NCBI RefSeq assembly: GCF_036321535.1
Contig: NC_087436.1
Span: 22,012,001 to 22,076,000, forward strand
Origin: Camelus dromedarius
Taxonomy: Eukaryota
DNA length: 64,000 nucleotides
Reading direction: 5' to 3'
Shown here: positions 1 through 11,300 of the stretch, one piece after another
Layout of the letters: each line of letters opens with the position of its first letter
Numbering within the stretch: the first letter of the stretch is position 1
Made by a program: the position numbers and the translations under genes
Notes under the pieces: generated by a model
The model's database searches: none
What the model was told of the DNA's origin: nothing
What the model saw: the letters and a program-made list of their open reading frames with translations, nothing else

Positions 1-2809
1 GAAATGGCGAATAGTGAAGGGCCTTCTGCTGGGCTACCAGAATGCCAAGGTCAAAGGAGTACAATAGTAGGGTAGAAGAGGGGCTCAGTCAGTGAGATCG
101 CAGCCCCAGGGCCCCACTGGTCTCCCTCCCCGTCACCCATACCTGACCTCGCACAGTAGCGTCAGCCCTGCTGCTTGCGTGTTGCTGAGACTCTAGTGAG
201 TAAAGGACAGAGAGAGATGGGATTCAAAGCCAACTTCTTGTTAGATCCTTTGCCTTTCGTGAAGCTGTTTTATCTTCTAAGCATCAGTATATAAACTTAT
301 GGAATGATTTTTTTTCCGGAGACCTTTTCCTCTTGAATTGAGAAATGCAGCAATTCCTCCTCTGCAGATGTTATTAGTACATAAAATAAGACTAATTAAT
401 CTGAGGTTCAAATTGTTTACCAGACCCTTGCTTTATTTTTCAGGTTTATCTGAAGTCAATAAATCTATATTAACTGCTATAATTTCCTTAGTCATATAGT
501 GAAAGCTTTATCATATAAAAATCAATAAAAGACAATGCAGAAATACATCATAGTTACTTCTGCATTGTGGCCACTGTATGTTTTCAGATAGTTAACCCTC
601 TTGATTTCTGTTTCCCCATCTCATTTCTTGACTTTTCTTCTAATTCCTCAAACTCAGGGTGGATAAAGAGAAGTTCAAGCCAGTGTATTTCATCTCCAAC
701 TCAGAGTCAATTGGCATGTACTGTTTAATTTTTATAGTGAAACATATATTCTTAAGATGGAAAACTATACAGGTGTTAAAAATCATGTCAAAAGTATATT
801 TCATCAAACAAGGGACTATGAGAGTTGTCAAAGCAGCATAACAAACTTTATGTATAACATACCCCTTATTTAACTGTCTGTGTGTGCGAAATAACAAGAT
901 TGGAAGCATAGGTATCTGTATCTTTTATTGTGATTCTCACTACTTGGTACGATTTGTATTTGTTTTGTTACACTTTCCTATATCTTCTAAAATCTCTGCA
1001 GTGTGCCCATGTCAGTATCACAATCAAGTGTTTGTTTGTTTAAATAAATACCTAAATAAACTGAATAAGAAAGGAGGCATATTTACAGGAGTAAACTTCT
1101 GCTCTTTGCCTTCAATTAGCTTAAAGTATAATTAGAGAGATCAAACTAAGAGACTCCTGAAGTCACTCAAAAGATCCTTAAAAGCTAAGCTATTTTTCAG
1201 GGTCTCTAAGAATATACAAGATGGTGTAAAGGATCAAATTAGCGTGAGAATGAGTAGTCAAGAAAGGCTGTCCAGGGAAGACTAAATAAAGTCAGATTTT
1301 GAAGGAAAAAAAGCAGCATTAGAACAGGTGCGGGGAGGAGGAATCACCTTCTAGACCAGGAGAGGAACATCAGCAGATGCTGGGTGCTTGGAAAATAGAG
1401 ACTCCAAATGCAGAAAACACACACATAAAGGCATTCAATAAGTACTTATTTATTACTCCACCAAGTTATGTATACAAAGCCAGCCATTAAACAGAATTCT
1501 TGATTCATCTACTTCCGGGTTTTTTGGGATTGTGGTATGTGCTGAAAAATCAGGGATTCTAAGTGCTTTCTGGCAAATTACTTCACATTCCACTCTGCAA
1601 GCCATGTCAGTTCTGCCATGCATACTGTGACTAAATAAATCAAATTACACCCTTGTAGAAACTCTGTTTTCTCTACAGAGATGGAGAATTAAAAAAAAAA
1701 AAAAAGTTTTATGAACCCACTTTACCTGTACCAGGTAAATGATGTGCACCAGCCTAGAATTTAGTGATTACAATTCAGTTTTAGCACAACATTATGTCAT
1801 GGTTCAATGACAAGATTGCCCTTAAGTGGGTTGCTTCAAGTATTAAAGTGGCTTTCAATAAGGAGAGAATCTTTATCTTCTCTGGTTGTTAGGGTTTGTT
1901 CCAGGAGAGTGCTGACTCTAAATGCTTGGTTGTTCTATTGGATCATGGATTTGATCATCTGTACTGATTTTGGATTTTATAAATACAGCCACTATATTTC
2001 TAATAGCCCAGTTAGAAAAAAAAAAAAACAGTCATGTAAATTGTGTGATCAGTTTTCTGTGTTCAGAATTGAAATTGTATATAAATGCCCCAATTGACAA
2101 AAACAGTCTCATTTCTGTAAGGACACTGCTTCTGTAGCTCGCAGAGGCCTTCATTAACCTGCTCGTCAGATCCATTCACACTTTGTGAATTGCTATAAAT
2201 CAAGCATTGTTTTATATGTTTCTCTAAAAGAAAAAAAACCAATCTCAGGAGGCCAAACGTGCCAGTGTTCTCCTGTGCTCACACTTCTACTCTCCTTCTG
2301 ATCTGTGTTCTATGGATGATCATAAAGCCCTGACTGTTTTGAAGGCTCCAGTGGGGGAATGGAAGATTTTAGTATATCTTCTTTGATATTTTTACCCTCT
2401 ATGTGGCATGCTAGGCAAGCTGAAGGGAGTGCTAAGCACAGAGGTTTATTTTTGTTTTTAACCTACTGATGAAGATATGACTTCTTCACATAAGCAGCAA
2501 GATGATTTTCAAGCAACAGGAGAAGCAACTGCTCAGAATTAGACAAGGTCTGTGCTTGCTCTCCTGTGTTGCCTGATTATAAGTTGGTTACCATTTCCCT
2601 TGCTTTTACAGTGTAATACTTCCCTTACAAAACATTGCATTCCACTGAACAATAATTGGGGGGGGGGGCACCTTCTAAAGACGAGGCATTGTGCAAAGCA
2701 CCAGGAGATCACGGTCATCGCTCACATTTTTTGAACATCTACCATGTGCTTACCTCTTTACAAATAGGATGCTATGTTTTCCTCACCACAGTTCGACAGG
2801 ATAATAACA

Positions 2810-3010
2810 TTAAAAATAACTAACGTTTATGGAGGGCTTATTTGTTCCACATACCTTGTTCTAGATAATTTACATAAATTAATTAATTTGCACAATTTCA
2901 TTATGGAATAATTGCTCTATGCTCTTCCTTGTTTTATAGGAAAGGAAACTTAGACATAAACAGGTCAAATAATGAGCCCAAGATTTGAATCCAGGAGCCT
3001 GAGCCCAGAA
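2810..3010 (-). mobile_element. MIR SINE
   Basis: aataactaacgtttatggagggctta...ttttataggaaaggaaacttagac...atttgaatccagg resembles the reverse complement of the MIR consensus. Confidence 0.7.
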
Positions 3011-3199
3011 CATGTTCCCTCATATTATCTTCAAAAGAGAGATGAGAAATGTAAGATTCCCAATGATCCACTTTTCCAAAGATCTTATGGAAGTTGAGTG
3101 ACAGAGTCAGGATCCAAGCTCAGTCAGGTCCAAGTCTGAGTCTGAAGCTCCTGCTTTTAAGCATCGGGCTACACCCCATCCTTCTAGATTCCTGCTTCT

Positions 3200-3470
3200 C
3201 AAGAATTTCCAGGAGGTGGTGGAGACAAACAACTATAAGGCCAGGCAGATGGTGATAAGGGCAAAACAAAGGCATAAGCCAAGAACTATGGCAGTACTGA
3301 GCAAAAAGTGATTAAATACAATCGTGGGATCAGAAACAACATCTCAGAGGAGGTAGCATTTGCACCAAGCCTGGAAGGATGAGCAGGATTTCAGCTGGTT
3401 TAGAAGGAACACAAGAGACAATTTAGGCAAAGAGAGCAGCCAACTATATGAAACAAAATCCTACAGCTCA
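3200..3470 (-). mobile_element. L2 LINE fragment
   Basis: ctcagaggaggtagcatttgcaccaagcctggaaggatgagcaggattt is typical of antisense L2. Confidence 0.6.
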
Positions 3471-3683
3471 TTTCCCGAGGTGATGAGTTTACTGCTCATT
3501 TACGTTTTCCTCTTTATTACTTATAATCCCACTCTAAAAATAAATTAAGGCTCTAGAAATCCTCTTGCAGTATTTTACAATTGTTGCACATTTATTAGAA
3601 ACCTGTTCTAAAATTCTAGGTGAATGCAAGTCTTTAAACATTGTTTTGTCACTTGAGGTTTGTATTTAGGCATCAGGAAGAAC

Positions 3684-3835
3684 TGAGTCTTCCTGGCTTT
3701 GGGGCCGTGCTAGATGAAGCTCAGGGAAGGCTCGGACCATGCAGAGCTGGACACAGCAGGCTGCAGCCACGCTGTGCCCTGACAACTGCCTACCTGTGCA
3801 GTTTGCATACACAGGGATCTTCCCAATGTGTCTTT
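3684..3835 (+). repeat. Local direct repeat, copy 1 (~152 bp)
   Basis: tgagtctt...gctagatgaagctcaggg...gagctggacacagcag...gtttgcatacaca...tgtgtcttt aligns colinearly with 4356-4512. Confidence 0.92.
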
Positions 3836-3994
3836 CTTTGAGCTATCTCAATTTTGACAGCATGGGTAACTAGCAATAGTTTGGAAGACATATTTCTCAA
3901 AACAACAATTTATCAACACAAAAACAAAAATAATTGACAGTGGTTTTGCATTTCAGGCTCAGATTTTAGTCTACAATCTGAGTGGGAACACAAT

Positions 3995-4245
3995 ATAGCC
4001 TGCCAGCTAAGAGACGGGAGCACAGAGACCACTCTCGCATTTTCGCTGTCTTTGCTACCACCTAGCCATGTGACTTGGGAAAAATTACATAATGTCTCTG
4101 ATTTCTCTGTTTTCTTCTCTATAAAATAGGAAGGATATCCGTGTCTACCTTAGATGGTTCTTGTTGGGATCAAACTAATTAATATACATAAAGCACTTAA
4201 GCTGGTATCTGACATATATTAGGGATTGGTTAACCTTTATTATTT
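3995..4245 (+). mobile_element. MIR SINE (near full length)
   Basis: tagccatgtgacttgggaaaaattacataatgtctctg...ttctctataaaatagg...aatatacataaagcacttaa...tattatt follows the MIR consensus. Confidence 0.8.
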
Positions 4246-4311
4246 TGAATATAACCATAGGTAAATCACTGTACTTTCTTGAACAAGAGGTCTTGGAACT
4301 GCATTTTTGTA

Positions 4312-4660
4312 CATAGTAATTGCTATCATTTATTGGACTCCTAAGTGCCAAGTATTGAGTCTTACTGGTTTGGGGGCTGGGCTAGATGAAGCTCAGGGGA
4401 GGCTCGGGCCATGCTGAGCTGGACACAGCAGACTCGGTAGCCATGCTATGCCCCTAGCAATTGGCTACCTTTGCAGAGTTTGCATACACAAGGATCTTTC
4501 CACTGTGTCTTTTCACATTTTATCTCTGATCTTACAACAGATCTTCTAGGTGCTTCTCTATTCCTGTTTCACAGATGAATTCAGCCACTTGCCCAAGGGT
4601 ATAAGGCTAGGAAGTGGAGGAACACAGATTTTTTAACTCCAAAGACCATGTTCCTTGGGG
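4312..4660 (-). mobile_element. MIR SINE interrupted by repeat copy 2
   Basis: gctatcatttattggactcctaagtgccaagtat (to ~4355) resumes after 4512 as cacattttatctctgatcttacaac...ctgtttcacagatga...acttgcccaagggt. Confidence 0.7.
4356..4512 (+). repeat. Local direct repeat, copy 2 (~157 bp)
   Basis: Colinear with 3684-3835, roughly 80% identical by eye with small indels. Confidence 0.92.
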
Positions 4661-6559
4661 CTGATTAATAAAAGGACAAGATCAGGAAAGGAAAAACCAT
4701 AAAACAGTTATCTAAGACCTATATCATGTTTTTGTACTGCTGATCTAATTAGAGAATTAATTGAAGGAAAAGAAAATGAACCAATTAGAGCTTCTTAGCA
4801 GGTCTGTCGGGTGGGCAGTGGTTTCTGGCTACTCGGGATTTAACGTGTGCTGCAGCTGAACGTAGCCTGTTCTCACTGATGCTGGTCTAAATTCTGGCTT
4901 GACATTCTTCAGGAGGTTGAGATACGTGACATCGGTTAATACGTGAATAGTATATAAGAGACGAACATCTCTTCTCACTTCCTTTTTGCCGCAAGTGGAC
5001 CATCTAACTGAATTTTGTTGAAATAAATTCTATCTATCCTTCTGTTCACATTTAGGACATTTAGTTAAGGGAGGTCTTTGACCAGGTTTAACCTCATGGA
5101 CCTAAGCAGATTATTCCACATATTTACAAATTATTTGTTATTAAAATTTTTGTTTAGCAAATTAATAAATTAGAAGTTTGCTTTTTTTTTTTAATGTTCA
5201 CTTTCTACCTTTTTTTTTTTAATCTGTGTCTTTCATTCATGATCAACATGCCCCACCCAGTTTTCTTCTCTTTGTGTGTATCCACCTAATTACTAGCTTC
5301 CCTCCATTGTCTCCTTACTGAGCGCGCTGGTCACTGGAACAAGTCTACCTCTGCCGCACCTGTTCCTACTATGGGTAATTGAGGAGTCAGGACTACCTAG
5401 CGGCTTTGCTCATGAGGAAGTCGCTGAGGTTATGAGGGGGCGAGGTTCCCTGATGCTTCTGTCTGTGTGGCTGAAATTTGTCACTCTAGCTTCTTGTCGA
5501 GCAGATGGCATCCAAATGTATCCGAGGCCACCTGGGAACCAGGCCGGGGGAGGGGCCTCGTAGAGTGGAATGCAGGATTAAGGAAAAGTCTGTCACATGT
5601 CCACTATATGGAACAGTCTTTTCCCAGATACTTCTTACTTGAGCTTTGACCTTTTGCAGTTCGCAGTGGTGGTGCTCTCCCCATTTTACAGGGCAGAAGC
5701 TGACTCTCAGAGGGGTTGAGTGACTTGTCTGAACTTGTCTGTCTGGTAGGAGAAAGTCCAAAGCTTTTCAAGTGCTCTGCCCCTTACTCCAACATTACCT
5801 CTGCTTTACCAATGACAAAGAGATAGTTCTTGTCTGTCATCTATAGGGTTGGGGTGGCAGAAGTCAGTCTGAGCAGAAAAGGTTTTCCCACTCAAAACTT
5901 GTTCAAATTCAGAATATCTGTTTTATCCCAATACTCACAAAGCTTAAACACCCTCTTGCTCTAAGCAGTTTCAAAGTCCATGCTTTAAATAACATTTATG
6001 GATCTTTGTCTCCAAATTTGTAACTTTAACCTTCACTTTTCAGTGAAACTCTCTGCTCCCTTTTACAACTGGCTAGTAAACATCTCCACTTGCTCACCTA
6101 GGGGGTCATTTTTTTTTAAGGATAGCAAACATTTATTGGATATGTGCTAGCGTCTGAAATAAGTATTTTATCAACTTTATCTCATATAATTCTCACAGTA
6201 ACTAATTAGGCAATGTTATTGTCTACATTTTGGGAACTGAATTACGGAGAGGCTGAGGAGTTAAGTTTTGAATCTTGGCAGACTGCCTCTAGAGCCCAGT
6301 TTTTCGGTCACTGTGGATTGTGAGACTTCTGTGCATGAAAGAAGAAAAATGCACTTTTGGCTATTTCAGACACCAAAGGTCATTTTGTCATTAAGGGGAA
6401 AAAACATCTCAAAGTAAATCAAGGTAGATCCATGACAAGAGAGTACACCTTTAAGACCAAGGTTTTTAGCCAGAATCCTATATCGTTTTATAGTTCTCCT
6501 TATATCTTTAATTCTATATCCGAGAGATCTACAATCAGATCTTACGATCAGGTCCTTGG

Positions 6560-7615
6560 AGGACTCCTTTACTCTGTAATATTGATCCTTTCTCTCTGAA
6601 TGCCACGGTGTCATTTGCTCAAAATATTTGACTTTCTAGGTGGTATTTTAAATTCAAGACAGTTAAAACCTGACTTACTTAACTTAATATCATAATCTCC
6701 AGGTCCATCCATGTTGCTGCAAATGGCATTATTTTATTTTTATGGCAGAATGGTATTCCATTGTGTAACTATACCACAGCTTCTTTATCCAGTCATCTGT
6801 TGATGGACACTTAGGTTGCTTCCATGTCTTGGCTGTTGTATACAGTGCTGCTGTGAACATTGGGGTGGATGTATCTTTTCAGATTAGAGATTTCTCCGGA
6901 TATGTGCCCGGGAGTGGGCTTGCTGGATCATATGAAAACCTGATTTCTTGATTCCCATTTCTTGTCCCCCTAAACATCTTATTCCCCCAAAGATATCTCT
7001 CCCCCTAAAGTATATCACCATCCATTCAGTTACACAAATCCTCAAACTATAGCTCTTCCTTGATTCTTCTTTTTCCCCAACCTCATGTCAAATCCATCAT
7101 CAAGTCCTATAATTTCTGTGTTCAATATTCTGAATTTGACCACCTCCGTCCATTGCCACCGATGTAGTTCAGTTCTAAGGTGGTCTCAGCTCCGACCTGA
7201 GCCAGTTAAGGGGGTCCTCATGACACTCCGCAAGGAGCTTAAAGAGCTGACCCTTCTCGCCTCACCCATGCTGATCTTCAGTCACTCTGCAGGCTCACTC
7301 TGCACCTCCTCAGTCTTGTTCTCTGGCTCCCCACCCCCACCCCCCAGCTGGCTCCTTGCTAGTTTTTGGTCACACTCAGCTGTCACTTCATCAGAGAAGC
7401 TTTTCTTGATCCATGCTCCCCCCAGCATTTCCAATTTAATCACTCTGTTTAAAATTCTCACTAATTTTTTTTTTGATTTTATGTCTTACTAGACTATAAG
7501 CTCCATAAAATAGGGAACTTGCTTTCCTGTTCACTGCTATGAAACTGTCACCTAGAATCATGGTGGGCACATTTAGACATTCAATAAATATCCATGAACT
7601 GAACGCATGGGTGAA
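6560..7615 (+). mobile_element. L2 LINE 3' region, interrupted by an L1 fragment
   Basis: ccatccattcagtt...ccttgattcttct...aatccatcatcaagtcct and the L2 3' end actagactataagctccat...ttcactgct...cctagaatcatggtgggcaca...caataaata. Confidence 0.8.
6674..6934 (-). mobile_element. L1 internal fragment (ORF2 3' end), flanked by 9-bp direct repeat aaaacctga
   Basis: aggtccatccatgttgctgcaaatggc...ttctttatccagtcatctgttgatggacacttaggttg...gctggatcatatg; repeats at 6665-6673 and 6935-6943. Confidence 0.9.
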
Positions 7616-8124
7616 TGCCACTGCTCTTTTACTCATATTTCTTCATAAAATAAATTTATATATTTAGAAATGCCTTTGAAAGGTTTTGTAGCTTTTGCTA
7701 GCACAGTTGTTTGTAAAGAGCAATTCATTTTTGTATTCTCAATGAGGACAATTATTTAACCGTTGATATTTTGTTGTTAGCAAATTTTATTAGAAAGGAT
7801 AAAGCCTGACTGCCCTTGGGGTTCATCTGGAGTGAACTGACAGGAGGAATTAGTCATAGGCTGAGCTGGGCAAGTGGTTTCTGTCACTGGACTGGATAGC
7901 TAATGGTTGCTTACTTGTGCAGAATTTCATGCCCCAAATTCTTCACAAGGTAACTTCAAGATTTCTGTATTATGATACCATCAGGGAGCACATAGTCTTC
8001 CTGTATGTTGTAAGAACATACATACACAAATAACAAGAAGGATAGGAGACAACAAATAGTAGAAATGGATTGGCATCCAGAGATTTGAACCTAGATTTCA
8101 GCTACAACGTGTAATCTTGAGAGA

Positions 8125-8320
8125 AGGCAGTGTTGAAGAGACATGGACTGGGTTGCTATTCTGCGAGCATTTGAATTCAGATTCTGTTACCGTCTCCCTG
8201 TGCAATTCTGAACAATTCATCTTTATGGGGTTGTTTTGTAGATTAAATGAGGCAGTGTACTTAAAGTACTAAGAATGGTGCTAGGTGCATAAATGGTGGT
8301 TTAAGGGTATTTTTTAGTGA
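8125..8320 (+). mobile_element. MIR SINE (degenerate)
   Basis: ggggttgttttgtagattaaatgaggcagtgtacttaaagtactaagaatggtgctaggtgcat matches the MIR 3' half. Confidence 0.65.
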
Positions 8321-11300
8321 TTATTTTGGGTGAACCCCTTAACCTCTAGGAAACTCTGACTCCTTACCTATCAGTTGTGGGTAATAATTCCTATTTCACA
8401 GAGTGTTTGAGCTAACATACATGAAAGTGAGAAGTCCATTATCAATATATCATTAGGAAATTAATACGTCTTTTTTTTCCCCCCACCTGTTTAGTCCTTC
8501 ACAAGCACTCAGTGAGAATAACTGTAATTATCATGCCCCTTTCTAGACGAGGATACTGGGATTCCATAACATACCCAGAGTCACCCAGTCAGGACTGGAA
8601 TCTATGACCTTGAACCTTTGGCTTTTGACTACACAGAGCGAGAAAGAAGTGCCAAGGAGAACTTCAAACAGATGTCTCATATTTTCACCTAGCCTACCAC
8701 ATGTCTGGGACTTGCTGAGAGGGTGGTTCTCTTTTAATTTAGTTCAGGTGGTGTAAACCACTACTCCTTTGTTCTGAGACTTCCTGTCTAGCTGGGGCTC
8801 TGAAGCATGCTACATTCAGCTCACAGGTGCTCTGCTGAGCTGGGAGTGCTCCTTGGAGACCCCAAATGTTCTGAGATGCGTGCTCTTTATTTCCTTCAAA
8901 CTCTGATTCTCTTATAACTGCTCTCTCCCACTTTCAAGCTGTCTGGTCTACGTTCTTGCCATATACTGTTGAACTTGTGGATTTTGCTCTGGATAATAAG
9001 ACTCTTTCTGCCTCAAGCTAGTCCACATTTGATGTCTCACCCACAGACCCACTCGTCTTCCTCCTCTTGTGTCATGTCTCCCGGCTCACTAGTCATTTCT
9101 AGCTTTACTATCTGTACCAACCTAGTCTTACTTCCTGTGAGTCAATCATCTTATGATGGGAGAATTGATACCCTGAAGGCCCCATATTCAATATGAATAT
9201 TGAGAATTTTTTTCCCTCAAAGAAATTACACATATGGTTGACTCAAGAGACTCAAGAAAAATAGGGACTGATAACTTGCCCCCCACAAAGGATGTTCCAG
9301 GTAGAGACAATAAAATGAGAGGTGAATTATCCCTCAAGAACCATCTGTTCCTCTCATGCTTCCCTTTCCCCCCTTATTTCCTAATCTATCCATGTATGGC
9401 TTTGATTTAATACTTTAAATCTACTTGTGAAATATTTGGCACTAGAGGGTCAGGAATTTCATAAAATCTCATTAATTTTTTTATGAAATGGAAAAAAATC
9501 CACATATAACTGCTAAGCTGAAAACATTTATGGGGAAAATATTACTGAAAGTTTAAAGATTACCTTAATTTAAATACCTTATAAAATTTAAGCTCTTGGG
9601 AGCAGTATGATACAATGCAGTTTTCTAAAACGTTTTGGTTCAGGAAAGCATGTCTAAAAATGGCTTCATGCAGGATTTGGTGAAACCCATACCATGAGTC
9701 AATGTTTTGTGTGTGAACTCATTCACGTTAAACAGCTGCTTTCCAGATTGCTTGCTACTTCCTGTCCAAACAAATGGACCTCAGATTCCCTCAGGAGTCT
9801 GTCAATGGCTGAAGGCCACATCCCAGGTCCCTGTTTCGTTTATTCTTTCTCAGTCTTCCAAACACCTCCTAGACATCATTCTGTGCCCTCAGAGTTCAAC
9901 AACTTTGAGTGCACTTTTCTTGGCCACCCACCTTTGGTGACTCAGGCTCCGACTTTTCTGCCACCTCGTCCTATAACTATCTTCACCAGCCAAACTGGCC
10001 TCATTTTTTGGTTCAGAGGTAAATCAAGGAAGCACCCCCTCCCCACTAATCATGTGGATCTACGGATGGGTTCTACGCTTGTCCTGATCGGGAATCCTCT
10101 TGGCTCCCATGTCAAAATGGCAGTTCTGAAAAAATGTTGTCGTTTTGGTCCCTGGATGGATAAAAGATTTAAGATTGTTCCCTGTGTTTCTTCCTCTTCT
10201 GTGACCCTAGTTCTAACACTACAGATTTCCATTAACTGACTCACGGACATTTCTTTTAGTATTTGGAGAGACCTGCTTCCATTCTTGGAATAACATTTTC
10301 ATCCTTGCTTAAGCAGCACATATGTTCTTGCTGAAAAGAGCAGCCAAAAGCTGCAAGAACTTGTTTCTGAAGTGGAGTGTGGATTTTGTGAGCGTGCTCA
10401 CAAAGAGCCGAGACTCTATGCAGTTTTAGGCGACGATGCCATGCCGGTTTGGGGTTTACATCATAGAGCATGGAATATTAAAACCGGAAGAGACACAAGC
10501 ACAGACTTGTTTTTACTTCAGTTGCTCAAGGATGGAGTCACAGCCACCTAGGTAATAGTCACGAAAACCAGACAAAATAGAATTTTCTAAGGATTGACAG
10601 GAGGGAACCTGAGGAGGCAGGGGAGAAGCTAGAGGAGGAGAGACTTCTGGTGTTGACAACAGTGATTTCAACCAAATTTGCTCTTTTCATATGCAGATAT
10701 GCTGTTTTCTGTATAGCTGGCATGTTCCCTGCTCTGGAGCACAGACAATCAGAGTGCATTTCCCAAGAGCACCATTGTTGCAGGCAGAGATTCCTTTTTT
10801 TTTTTTTTCCTATATAGATTCTTCAATGATACTTAAATTGAGAACCAGTACTGAGTGGTTAGTTTATTTTAGTATAATGTTCCAACTATAGAAGTGAATT
10901 TCATCTTCTTAGACATTTTTTTCCCAAAGGCCAACATGTTTTTATTTAACACACACAGATACATCTAAAATATGGTGGCATATTTTTATGTTGTTCTGTT
11001 ATGGGGGAAGAAAAGTAACAAATTTTATTTCAGGGTCTATTTCCCAACAATCTGAATCTAGCATTTGACATCAAGGAAATTAGTTTAATTTACAAATGAG
11101 TCAGCTGAAAGGAAATTTAGAAGCAGTGGTGCTCAAATCTCAGTGTAGCAAGAATTCTGAAGCAGTATTTCAATATTTCTATAACAAAATCTCTTAAATT
11201 CCCTAATGCAAATTATTATTACCTGTATTCCTCAATAACTCTGTCATCTGCTTCCTCCCTTTGGCATTAGCCTCATTCTTTCCTCAAGGTTTATTTGGAT

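Noticed and set aside
9694..10239. 181-aa ORF
   Set aside because: No recognisable homology, low-information composition and no supporting splice structure; treated as a chance ORF.
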